A DNA stretch of 32,000 nucleotides from the NCBI GenBank assembly GCA_963675915.1, contig OY780959.1, positions 150,001 to 182,000 of the forward strand. Direction: 5' to 3'. A program made the position numbers and the translations under genes. Shown piece after piece: positions 1-8,873 of the stretch. Position 1 is the first letter of the stretch, and every line of letters begins with the position of its first letter. This DNA is from Coprobacillaceae bacterium. Its GTDB lineage: Bacteria; Bacillota_I; Bacilli_A; Erysipelotrichales; Coprobacillaceae. A model generated the notes under the pieces. It had not been told where the DNA came from and did not search any database. It was given only the letters and a program-made list of their open reading frames with translations.

Positions 1-685
1 CGATCTCGTGTTGCGATTCTTGGTCAATCGTTTCGTTAACCAAGGCGGCTTTTTCCAGCGGCCTTAGCCCACAAACCCGGCAAATAAAAAGTACGGCGAT
101 ACCCGAGATTACCAAGGCCAATCCATGGATTGAAAAATCAAACATCCGGAACTGTTCACCAAACGCATTCATTCGATAGGTTGATACAATCAGGTTGGAC
201 GCCGTTCCAATAAGTGTAAGCGATCCTCCGAGTATCGATGCATATGCAATCGGAATTCCAAACGCGGATTGGGAGGCTTTTGCCCTTTTCGCCATTCTTT
301 TGGCAGTCGGAAGCACAATCCCGATTGCGCCTACATTATTCATGAACGATGAGATGAATACGGTTGAAACAAAGAGGGCAAAGATCTGATTCTTGTATTT
401 ATGGATCCGGCTCGCTATTTTTTTTCCAAACCCGGTGAATAATCCCGATTCAACAATTCCGGAACTCATCACCAGAACCGTTGCGATGGTAAAAAGGGCT
501 GGTGAAGCAAAACCTGAGAAAAGTTGTCCCGGTGTTCTTAGTCCCAAAATACCCAGGACCAAAAGACCACCAAATGCAGTCAGATCATATCTGATTTTTC
601 CGGATATAATGGAGAATAAAACCACTAAAAGAACAAGCCACGTTACAGCTTGCTGCCAATTTTCAACTATGCCGATGAGACTCAC
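1..685 (-). CDS. SLC13/DASS-like (ArsB/NhaD superfamily) anion permease, N-terminal part; the 3' end runs off the window
   Basis: Absent from the ORF track because it is open to the window edge. Hand translation of the minus strand from GTG 685..683 gives SLIGIVENWQQAVTWLVLLVVLFSIISGKIRYDLTAFGGLLVLGILGLRTPGQLFSGFASPALFTIATVLVMSSGIVESG...FMNNVGAIGIVLPTAKRMA...LGGSLTLIGTASNLIV, consecutive TM helices typical of this permease family. The start codon is uncertain because GGAGG abuts the GTG. The + strand ORFs 195..389 and 393..698 are its antisense shadows. Confidence 0.5.
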   Translation of the reverse strand, partial: MSLIGIVENWQQAVTWLVLLVVLFSIISGKIRYDLTAFGGLLVLGILGLRTPGQLFSGFASPALFTIATVLVMSSGIVESGLFTGFGKKIASRIHKYKNQIFALFVSTVFISSFMNNVGAIGIVLPTAKRMAKRAKASQSAFGIPIAYASILGGSLTLIGTASNLIVSTYRMNAFGEQFRMFDFSIHGLALVISGIAVLFICRVCGLRPLEKAALVNETIDQESQHEI

Positions 686-974
686 CTCCAGTTTATAATG
701 TTTTCTGTTTATCTTTTAAGCTATTATGGGTGCTTCGAATGCAATGTAAATCAGCTCGCTTGATGGGCCGTGATATCTTGGTGATGGGGATCCCGGTTTT
801 CATGATTATGGATGCGGGATTTTGGTTTGGGTCAATTAACTGACGCTGATATCCTTAAATCCGGACAGGTTGGCCAAAAGTGGCGATAGCCCCGGTCAAT
901 AGGATACTCAAGGATTTAACTTTCGATTGGGATTTACATCTTGAATATTCAAGATGAGTTATCCTTATGCCTTC

Positions 975-1003
975 ATTATATCGCCTTAAAGGAGCAAGTA
1001 CAA
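975..1003 (-). promoter_or_regulatory. Sigma-A-like promoter for the permease gene, implying a ~280-nt leader
   Basis: The minus strand reads TTGTAC, then 17 nt, then TATAAT (-35 at 1003..998, -10 at 980..975). No ORF lies between it and the permease start at 685. Confidence 0.4.
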
Positions 1004-1133
1004 CATCAAATATAACTTAAGGCTCATTATGTGCAGATATGTTTCTTTTTGGTGATGTTCTTTGCTTAATCAGGGGCGGTTAGGAGCAATGAGATCATCC
1101 TGCAATGAAAAAACAATAAAAAAGGAAAAGCGA

Positions 1134-2078
1134 TCAGTAAATTCGCTTTCCCATATCGGTGACGTCGTATGCCTGAAGGGCGGATACTTGTTCTTTAAAT
1201 TCATTGGATTGGATGATTTTTATCATTTGATCGATTTCCGGCCGGTCCAAATCACTTTTTCGCACCGCCAGATCATATTTTTCATTTTTAATGAAGATAA
1301 AATCGATGTTAGGAATCTGGGCGGCAATCCCCTTGGTTCCCCAGGCACAATCGGCTCCACCTTTTGAAATCAAAGCTGCAGCTGCCAAATGGGAATTAAC
1401 GGTTCTTGAATAACCGTTGACGGATTCGGGTTTTATCCTAGCTGACTTGATCAGGGAATCGGTAAGGACCCGAATTCCGCTGCCGCGTTCGCGATTAACC
1501 ATTGATACATCATCGCGGGCCAGGTCTTCAATCCCGGTTATTTTTTTAGGATTCCCTTTTTGAACGTAAATTCCGACCGGACGGTCGACAATATGATACA
1601 GACATACTTCTTCACCGGGAAGCAGGCTTTTAATGAAGGGAATGTTATATGTATCGGTTTCCATATCCCATAGATGAGTAGTGGCCACGGTAACATTACG
1701 CTTATACATGGAATAAAGGCCGTTATAGCTTCCTTGGTATGATCTGATAAATTGGGTTCCCTGAATCCTCTGGTTGACAGCTGATGAAAGCATATCAATT
1801 ATCAAATCCTGACCGCAGACGATGATGTTATTGGAAGAGTTGGCGGCATCGGTGGTTTTCACATCCTGATCAATGGTGGTGATAGTATCTTCCAAAGCCG
1901 GGGTTGAACTTGGTGGGGCCGGATCCAATAAAGCGTAAACATCGGATTCCCATATCCTAAACTGTTTTCCGACTTTGGTTGCCGGTAACCGGTTTTTTTT
2001 GATCATATCATAAATCGTGTTTTGCTTTACCTTTAAGATGCTCGCAGCCTCTTTTGGTGAAATCAGTTTTTTATTCAT
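1134..2078 (-). CDS. Transcriptional regulator: N-terminal excisionase/MerR-type HTH plus C-terminal PBP-like (molybdate-binding-type) domain; putative Mo-responsive regulator
   Basis: ORF 1134..2129 trimmed to ATG 2078..2076, which is preceded by AGGAGGGG. The N-terminus is MNKKLISPKEAASILKVKQNTIYDMIKKNRLPATKVGKQFRIWESDV (HTH_17-like). A Pro/Ser/Thr linker and a ~230-aa periplasmic-binding-protein-like domain follow. The gene is divergent from modABC. Confidence 0.7.
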   Translation of the reverse strand: MNKKLISPKEAASILKVKQNTIYDMIKKNRLPATKVGKQFRIWESDVYALLDPAPPSSTPALEDTITTIDQDVKTTDAANSSNNIIVCGQDLIIDMLSSAVNQRIQGTQFIRSYQGSYNGLYSMYKRNVTVATTHLWDMETDTYNIPFIKSLLPGEEVCLYHIVDRPVGIYVQKGNPKKITGIEDLARDDVSMVNRERGSGIRVLTDSLIKSARIKPESVNGYSRTVNSHLAAAALISKGGADCAWGTKGIAAQIPNIDFIFIKNEKYDLAVRKSDLDRPEIDQMIKIIQSNEFKEQVSALQAYDVTDMGKRIY

Positions 2079-2216
2079 ATCATTCCCCTCCTTGCTTGAT
2101 AATTGTCTAGAATCCATGAAAATCGACATAATTGACTAAAAAACCCTAATAAACATAACAAAACATAAGAAAACGAGACAAAAAATCAATAAATTAATAA
2201 AAAAACAACAATAAAC

Positions 2217-2245
2217 TTGACAAAATATTATCACAACGATAAAAT
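2217..2245 (+). promoter_or_regulatory. Sigma-A-like promoter of modABC with an adjacent palindrome (candidate operator)
   Basis: TTGACA (2217-2222), 17 nt, TAAAAT (2240-2245). A perfect 10-bp palindrome ATTTGCAAAT lies at 2246-2255. A flanking inverted repeat is TTATCAC (2228-2234) / GTGATAA (2261-2267). Confidence 0.45.
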
Positions 2246-2314
2246 ATTTGCAAATTATAAGTGATAAAACAAACAAAGAAGTTTTAGCTTAAAAGAAAAA
2301 AAGGGGGCATTATC

Positions 2315-3163
2315 ATGAAAAACATTAAGTTTGGTTCAAGTGATTTATCAATAAAGTTTGGTCGTCTGATCAAAATGGTTGCAGTTGTGCTAATGATTAT
2401 GTCTCTAGCGGGTTGTGCCCAGGCAGCCAGTGAGCCGATGACTGTGGCGTTGAAGTTTGAAGATGTCGCTGCCGACACTGTAACGACAATCGCCTTGGGG
2501 AATTCTAATACGCCTTGTGGAATATATGCCCAGGAGATCTTCACCAATTTGGGGATGTGGGACGATCTTCAATCAAAAATATCCTATGGGACAAATGTAA
2601 AAGCGGTCCTGGCTCAGGTTGAAGCTGGTTCGGTCGATTGTGGAATTGTTTATGCTACCGACGCTGCTAATCTCGAGGACGTTACAGTAACTGATGTGGC
2701 AACCGAATCTGAATTGACTTCAGTAGTCAGCTATCCAGTTGCCCTTACTGCAAACGCTATCCAAAAAGAAGCGGCGGAGGTGTTCTTGAACTTCCTGGTG
2801 ACAAGTGAAGCCAAGGGGGGATTCGAAAGCTTTGGATTTGAAATGGCAGCTGAAGATACCAGTCAGGAAGTGACATTCACTAAGGAAGCGACAGTGACAA
2901 TCTTTGCAGCGGCTAGTTTGACCGAATCGCTGACAGCCGTTCAAGCTGCTTTTGAAGAAGCTAACCCGAATATTGATCTTGAGATTTCCTTCAATTCCAG
3001 CGGAACTTTACAAACTCAAATTGAACAGGGGGCTCAAGTGGATGTGTTCTTCCCAGCTGCCCAAAAACAGATGACGGCATTGATTACTGAGGGGTACATT
3101 GATGAGTCAACCAAAATCGATCTATTAGAAAATAAAGTGGTACTGATTGTACCAACTAGGTAG
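2315..3163 (+). CDS. modA: Molybdate ABC transporter substrate-binding lipoprotein ModA, apparently circularly permuted
   Basis: RBS AGGGGG lies 7 nt before the ATG. The lipobox is LMIMSLAGC. ModA hallmark motifs are present but in swapped order: TIALGN..TPCGIYAQE...GIVYATDA...SYPVAL...FGFE comes first, and VTIFAAASLTESL...SFNSSGTLQTQIEQGAQVDVF...LLENKVVLIVP comes last. The gene lies upstream of modB and modC. Confidence 0.85.
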   Translation: MKNIKFGSSDLSIKFGRLIKMVAVVLMIMSLAGCAQAASEPMTVALKFEDVAADTVTTIALGNSNTPCGIYAQEIFTNLGMWDDLQSKISYGTNVKAVLAQVEAGSVDCGIVYATDAANLEDVTVTDVATESELTSVVSYPVALTANAIQKEAAEVFLNFLVTSEAKGGFESFGFEMAAEDTSQEVTFTKEATVTIFAAASLTESLTAVQAAFEEANPNIDLEISFNSSGTLQTQIEQGAQVDVFFPAAQKQMTALITEGYIDESTKIDLLENKVVLIVPTR

Positions 3164-3186
3164 TTTATGAAAGGGGAGCGGTGATT

Positions 3187-3855
3187 ATGGACTATTTTCC
3201 ACTGTTAAATTCAATCCGGATATCTTTGATAGCAACCATAATTACCTTCTTCATCGGAATATTATGCGCTTATTATATCGTTAAGCTGCCAGGGTTGATC
3301 AAAGGAATTCTCGATACCCTGTTGACAATCCCGATGGTGTTGCCACCGACGGTAGTCGGTTTTATGATCCTGCTGGTAATATCGCCAAGAAGTCTCTTGG
3401 GTCAGTTTGTCGCGAATTATTTCAACGCAACCCTGACAATGAGATGGTACAGTGCGATCTTTGCGGTGGTGATCGTGACGTTTCCGCTGATGTATCGGAC
3501 AGTGCGTGGTTCTTTCGAATCATTCGATCAGAATATCATTGCCAGTGCTAAAACTTTGTGTCTGTCGAATACATATATATTTTGGCGGATCATTTTACCT
3601 AATTGCAAGGAAGGGATTATTGCCGGAGTGGTTCTGACTTTTGCCAGGGGGTTGGGCGAATATGGAGCTACGAGCATGGTGGCTGGCTATATTGCCGGAA
3701 AAACATCGACAGTTGCGACAACTGTCGCCTATCTCTGGCAAACCAATCAGGATTCAGCTGCGATGAACTGGGTGCTGATCAATCTGGGAATCTCGTTTGC
3801 AGTGATGCTGCTGGTTAATGTTTTTGAAAAACGAGTCTATATCGGAAGGAAGTAG
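3187..3855 (+). CDS. modB: Molybdate ABC transporter permease ModB
   Basis: The product is a polytopic membrane protein with the ABC permease EAA-type loop (ASAKTLCLSNTYIFWRIILP) and a C-terminal LGEYGATSMVAG motif typical of ModB/CysTW. ATG 3187 lies 9 nt after AAGGGGA; a GTG at 3181 is an alternative start. Confidence 0.85.
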   Translation: MDYFPLLNSIRISLIATIITFFIGILCAYYIVKLPGLIKGILDTLLTIPMVLPPTVVGFMILLVISPRSLLGQFVANYFNATLTMRWYSAIFAVVIVTFPLMYRTVRGSFESFDQNIIASAKTLCLSNTYIFWRIILPNCKEGIIAGVVLTFARGLGEYGATSMVAGYIAGKTSTVATTVAYLWQTNQDSAAMNWVLINLGISFAVMLLVNVFEKRVYIGRK

Positions 3856-3858
3856 CCT

Positions 3859-4926
3859 ATGTCGATTACATGTAAAATTAAAAAGAAGTTGGGTAACTTC
3901 AACTTGGATATCGATTTTGAGGGAGGTAAGGAAACCATTGCCCTGATTGGGGCTTCGGGTTGTGGCAAAAGCATCACGCTCAGGTGTATCGCCGGAATTG
4001 AAACCCCGGATGAAGGTCTGATTGTCATCAACGGTAAAGTGGTTTTTGACTCCAAGAAAAAAATCAATCTGCCTCCGCAAAAAAGGAAGGTCGGTTATTT
4101 GTTTCAGGATTATGCCTTGTTTCCAAATATGACAGTCGAACGAAATATCAAAGCCGTAATTCCCAAAGGGGTGAGTTATGATATCGACGAAATTCTGGGA
4201 AGGTTCCACTTGCTTGAGCAAAAAGAGCAGTATCCAAGAGAACTGTCCGGGGGCCAGAAACAACGCTGTGCCCTGGCCCGGATTATCGTCACCGATCCCG
4301 AAATCATTCTTTTGGATGAACCGTTTTCAGCTTTGGACCGCTATTTACGCTGGCAGATGGAGCAGGAAGTTGTTTCGGTTATCAGCCAAACCAACAAGAC
4401 GGCGATATTTGTTTCGCATGACCGTGATGAGGTATACCGGATCAGTGATCGGGTCGTGGTTGTCAATGAAGGTACCAGTGATGAGATTTTGGAAAAACAT
4501 TTGCTGTATCAGCATCCCAAGACTTATGCGGATGCCTTGCTGACCGGGTGTCGGAACATCTGTGAAGTGTCGATAGAGGGAAATGATTTAAAAGCAAATG
4601 ACTTTGAAATCACAATTCCATATGATAAGATACAGGAGGTTAAAACATTTCATCACGAAAGAATTCCCGCTTCGATAGCTTACTTTGGAATTAGGGCCAA
4701 AAAGATATTGCCGGCCCATCTGATAAGTGATAATATAAATAGTGTTGTTTTAACCTACGATATTGAAAATGTAGTTGAAGGGTTATTTACCTATACAATT
4801 ATGATTAGGCCTAAAAATGCGAAGAAAAGCATGTGCTGGGAGATGTCAAAAGAAGTGTATCGCAACCTTCAAGACCATCCCAGCGAAATCGCAATTCCAT
4901 TCGAAGAATGTTTATTGTTGGAATAA
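3859..4926 (+). CDS. modC: Molybdate ABC transporter ATP-binding protein ModC with a ~130-aa C-terminal regulatory-type extension
   Basis: Walker A GASGCGKS, signature LSGGQKQR, Walker B ILLDEPFSALD and H-loop VSHD are present. The gene directly follows modB. Confidence 0.85.
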   Translation: MSITCKIKKKLGNFNLDIDFEGGKETIALIGASGCGKSITLRCIAGIETPDEGLIVINGKVVFDSKKKINLPPQKRKVGYLFQDYALFPNMTVERNIKAVIPKGVSYDIDEILGRFHLLEQKEQYPRELSGGQKQRCALARIIVTDPEIILLDEPFSALDRYLRWQMEQEVVSVISQTNKTAIFVSHDRDEVYRISDRVVVVNEGTSDEILEKHLLYQHPKTYADALLTGCRNICEVSIEGNDLKANDFEITIPYDKIQEVKTFHHERIPASIAYFGIRAKKILPAHLISDNINSVVLTYDIENVVEGLFTYTIMIRPKNAKKSMCWEMSKEVYRNLQDHPSEIAIPFEECLLLE

Positions 4927-5102
4927 TAAAACTTATCTTAATAAACCTTCCAAGTTAAAGACGGTTTTTCCTGATAACAAACATCGGTAAATCAAAGTTG
5001 TCATAGTTAAATATATTGATCTTACAATAATATTACAATCGCTCGTTATTGTTAGATCTTGCTGTAAGTCACTTTTGTCTCTTTCAATGTGATTTATTGC
5101 AA

Positions 5103-5128
5103 GAAGAGCCGTCCGCGGCTCTTTTATT
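5103..5128 (+). terminator. Rho-independent terminator downstream of modC
   Basis: The stem GAAGAGCCG / CGGCTCTTT has a 4-nt loop (TCCG) and is followed by TTTTATT. Confidence 0.6.
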
Positions 5129-5578
5129 GTCTTTAAAAATAATGATATTTATTGGTGGCCAAGCCGCGATAATCATTGGGGACTGTCACTGATCATCATC
5201 TGATGGCACCAGCTAAAAAGAGAGTCAAATAAATGTCACTTGTAAAAGCTCAAGCTGGCAATTTATTGTATTTGTGGATCGTGATTTGATTGAAAAAACC
5301 AAAATCAAATCCTTAAAAAAGCACTTAAATAGGAATTCCATGGCAAAGATATGATGCCGGGGAAGTCCTTTTTTTTGATTGGTCCTTGATTCGACCTATT
5401 ACGTTTTGTAACAATGCGAGCAACAAAAAATGTGTCCCGAGCCCAATGATAGCGCATTCATTTTGTCTGTCTATCACAAAAAATCGGCGTTTTTTTAGGA
5501 AATAGCCAAATATAAGTAACATTTGGGCAGTAAAAGCGCATGATAATGATAATAATTTATTATAATGATAAAAAAGTA

Positions 5579-5608
5579 TTGACTTTTTTGTCCGGGTTAA
5601 AATATAAT
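5579..5608 (+). promoter_or_regulatory. Sigma-A-like promoter of the nif operon
   Basis: TTGACT (5579-5584), 18 nt, TATAAT (5603-5608), about 90 nt upstream of the nifH ATG. It follows a ~450-bp AT-rich non-coding stretch. Confidence 0.5.
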
Positions 5609-5661
5609 TTAAGTGCGAAATGGAAAAACATTCGCGAAAGGATATCAGCACTGTTGGTTGA

Positions 5662-6516
<855 letters not shown>

Positions 6517-6536
6517 CGGACTGGGGGGTAGAAATT

Positions 6537-6860
6537 ATGTTAATGGTAAGAGCGATTGTAAGACCTGAAAAGGTTACCGAAGTAATGACAGAATTAGCCG
6601 AAGCTGGTTATCCAGCAATTACAAAAATGGACGTATTTGGTCGCGGTAAACAAAGAGGTATTAAAGTTGGGGATTACGTTTATGATGAAATCCCTAAAGA
6701 AATGCTGTTAATTGTTTGCGATGAAATGGATAAAGATATTATTACTAAAATCATCATGAGAGTGGCAAAGACAGGAACTGGTACATTTGGAGACGGAAGA
6801 ATCTTTGTTTCTCCAGTGGAAGAGTCATATGTAATCAGCACTGGCGCTGCCAGCTTATAG
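6537..6860 (+). CDS. nifI1: PII-family nitrogenase regulator NifI1
   Basis: 107-aa GlnB-like protein (MVRAIVRPEKV...FGRGKQRG...GDGRIFVSPVEE) located between nifH and nifD, as in anaerobe-type nif clusters. Confidence 0.9.
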   Translation: MLMVRAIVRPEKVTEVMTELAEAGYPAITKMDVFGRGKQRGIKVGDYVYDEIPKEMLLIVCDEMDKDIITKIIMRVAKTGTGTFGDGRIFVSPVEESYVISTGAASL

Positions 6861-6872
6861 AAAAAGGGGTGA

Positions 6873-7259
6873 ATGCAAATGAAAGAGGTTATGGCATTTA
6901 TCCGCCCAACAATGGTAAACGCAACTAAAAAAGCGCTGGAAGACAGTGGTTTTCCAGCATTTAGTTGCCGCCCATGTTTGGGACGAGGAAAGAAAAAAAT
7001 CGATCCAGCGTTGATTGAATATGTCACAAATAACGGTGAACTTCCTGAGGAAGCAGGAAGTGACCTGATTGGAATGGTCAGATTACTACCAAAACGAGCG
7101 TTTACAGTAATTGTCAATGATGACCAAGTAAAAAGTGTAGTAGATGTTTTAATCAAAACAAATCAAACTGGTAAAGCAGGAGATGGAAAAATCTTTGTTT
7201 TACCAATTATGGAAGCCTACCGGGTTAGGGATGACGCCCAGACGGAAAATGCCTATTAG
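6873..7259 (+). CDS. nifI2: PII-family nitrogenase regulator NifI2
   Basis: 128-aa PII paralogue with an extended T-loop (CLGRGKKKIDPALIEYVTNNGELPEEAGSDLIGM) and GDGKIFVLPI. It directly follows nifI1. The start may be ATG 6879. Confidence 0.88.
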   Translation: MQMKEVMAFIRPTMVNATKKALEDSGFPAFSCRPCLGRGKKKIDPALIEYVTNNGELPEEAGSDLIGMVRLLPKRAFTVIVNDDQVKSVVDVLIKTNQTGKAGDGKIFVLPIMEAYRVRDDAQTENAY

Positions 7260-7271
7260 GGAGGGGTAACT

Positions 7272-8870
7272 ATGAAAGAAAGAGACGAAATATTAGACAA
7301 ATACTCGGCAAGAGTGTTCAAAAATAGAAAAACCCACATCACCCAATTAGAAAAAGAAGGTGAAGTGGCTGATGAAATTAACGCTAATACGCGGACAATT
7401 CCTGGGATAGCTTCAGCTCGTGGTTGTTGCTACGCCGGAGCCAAAGGGGTTGTTGTCGGACCAATCAAAGACGTTGTTACAATAACACATGGTCCAATCG
7501 GTTGTGCCTTCTATTCTTGGGGGACAAGAAGAAATAAAGCAAAACCATCATATGAAGGAGAAAACAACTTCATTCCTTACTCATTCTGTACCGATATGAG
7601 ACCAACTGATATCGTATTCGGTGGGGAAAAGAAACTTGAAAAAGGGATTGATGAAGTAATGGAAATGTTCAATCCAAAAGCAATCTTCATCTGTTCAACA
7701 TGTCCAATTGGACTAATCGGGGATGACGTGCAAGCAGTCGCTCGACGAGTTGAAGAGAAATATGGAATTACCGCGATTGGTTTTTCATGTGAAGGTTACA
7801 AAGGGGTATCCCAATCTTCAGGTCACCACATTGCCAATAATGGTCTTATGCGCCAAGTTATCGGTAAAGGTGATGATAAACCAAAAGGTAAGTATTCAGT
7901 TAATATCTTAGGTGAATACAATATCGGTGGAGACGGCTGGGAAGAAGAACGAATCTTGAAAAAGATTGGATACGACGTTGTTTCAGTATTCACCGGAGAT
8001 GGAAGTTTTGAAACAATGAAGAATTCTCATCTGGCTGACTTAAACCTGGTTATGTGTCACAGATCAATCAACTATGTGGCAGAAATGATGAAAACCAAAT
8101 ATGGTATCGACTGGATCAAGGTTAACTTTATCGGAGTCGGTGCTACATGTAAGACTTTAAGAATGATGGCCGATTATTTTGGTGATGAAGAATTGAAAAA
8201 GAGAACTGAAGAAGTTATCGCAGAAGAGTTGGGTGTGATTGCTGATGATATGGCATATTACAAATCCAAACTTGAAGGTAAAACTGCGGCAATCTTTGCC
8301 GGTGGTTCCCGTTCACATCATTACCAATTGTTGTTGGATGATCTAGGTGTTGATACCATCATTGCCGGGTACGAGTTTGCCCATCGTGATGACTACGAAG
8401 GTAGGGATATCATCCCATCAATCAAAGTTGATGCTGATAGTAAAAACATCGAAGAAATCACAGTTTCTAAAGATGAAGACTTCTACAAAGAAAAATATTC
8501 TGAAGAACAAATTGCCCAGTTGAAAGCTAAAGGTGTTGAATTGGATGATTACGAAGGTATGTTCCCTGACATGGAAAAAGGTAACATGGTAGTCGATGAT
8601 TACAACATATTTGAAACAGATGAGTTGATCGAAAAAATGAAACCGGATATTTTCTTATCGGGGATCAAAGATAAGTACGCTATTCAAAAAACCGGTACTG
8701 TATCTCGTCAAATTCACTCATATGACTATTCAGGACCTTATGCAGGATTCAATGGAGCGGTTAAATTCGCTTCAGATATCACAATGAGTGTATATACAAA
8801 AGCATGGAGTTTGGTTGTTCCACCTTGGAAGAATGAACCAATGCTTAAAGGAACAGTAGGGGGGGACTAG
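7272..8870 (+). CDS. nifD: Nitrogenase MoFe protein alpha chain NifD (clostridial type with ~50-aa insertion)
   Basis: P-cluster Cys contexts are ARGCCYAG, HGPIGCAFYSW and CSTCPIGLIGDD. FeMo-co ligand contexts are LVMCHRSINY (Cys) and IHSYDYSGPY (His), with GHHIAN also present. No delta (G) subunit gene lies between D and K. Confidence 0.95.
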   Translation: MKERDEILDKYSARVFKNRKTHITQLEKEGEVADEINANTRTIPGIASARGCCYAGAKGVVVGPIKDVVTITHGPIGCAFYSWGTRRNKAKPSYEGENNFIPYSFCTDMRPTDIVFGGEKKLEKGIDEVMEMFNPKAIFICSTCPIGLIGDDVQAVARRVEEKYGITAIGFSCEGYKGVSQSSGHHIANNGLMRQVIGKGDDKPKGKYSVNILGEYNIGGDGWEEERILKKIGYDVVSVFTGDGSFETMKNSHLADLNLVMCHRSINYVAEMMKTKYGIDWIKVNFIGVGATCKTLRMMADYFGDEELKKRTEEVIAEELGVIADDMAYYKSKLEGKTAAIFAGGSRSHHYQLLLDDLGVDTIIAGYEFAHRDDYEGRDIIPSIKVDADSKNIEEITVSKDEDFYKEKYSEEQIAQLKAKGVELDDYEGMFPDMEKGNMVVDDYNIFETDELIEKMKPDIFLSGIKDKYAIQKTGTVSRQIHSYDYSGPYAGFNGAVKFASDITMSVYTKAWSLVVPPWKNEPMLKGTVGGD

Positions 8871-8873
8871 AAA

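Noticed and set aside
195-698. Plus-strand ORFs 195..389 and 393..698
   Set aside because: They lie antisense to a much longer open minus-strand frame that encodes a convincing multi-helix permease. They have no RBS and an odd composition.
720-975. Known riboswitch (Moco, c-di-AMP/ydaO or T-box) in the permease leader
   Set aside because: I could not find the conserved cores I remember for these classes, such as the T-box sequence or the paired ACGGGG/CCCA halves of ydaO. It is kept only as an unclassified structured leader.
3754-4263. 169-aa minus-strand ORF across the modB/modC junction, and similar antisense ORFs (6680..7156, 12660..13088, 19279..19755, 21117..21482, 22495..22896)
   Set aside because: All lie fully inside strongly supported plus-strand genes with recognisable motifs, and none has its own RBS.
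5204-5219. Sigma-54 promoter (TGGCAC at 5204-5209) upstream of nifH
   Set aside because: The -12 element is absent: TGGCAC-CAGCT is followed by AAAAA instead of TTGC. The site lies ~490 nt from nifH, and a second GG-containing site (TGGCAATTTATTGTAT, ~5257) has the wrong spacing. No nifA gene or UAS is seen.
5325-5651. 108-aa minus-strand ORF in the nifH upstream region
   Set aside because: It overlaps the nifH promoter, has no RBS and has a low-complexity hydrophobic/basic composition typical of AT-rich non-coding DNA.
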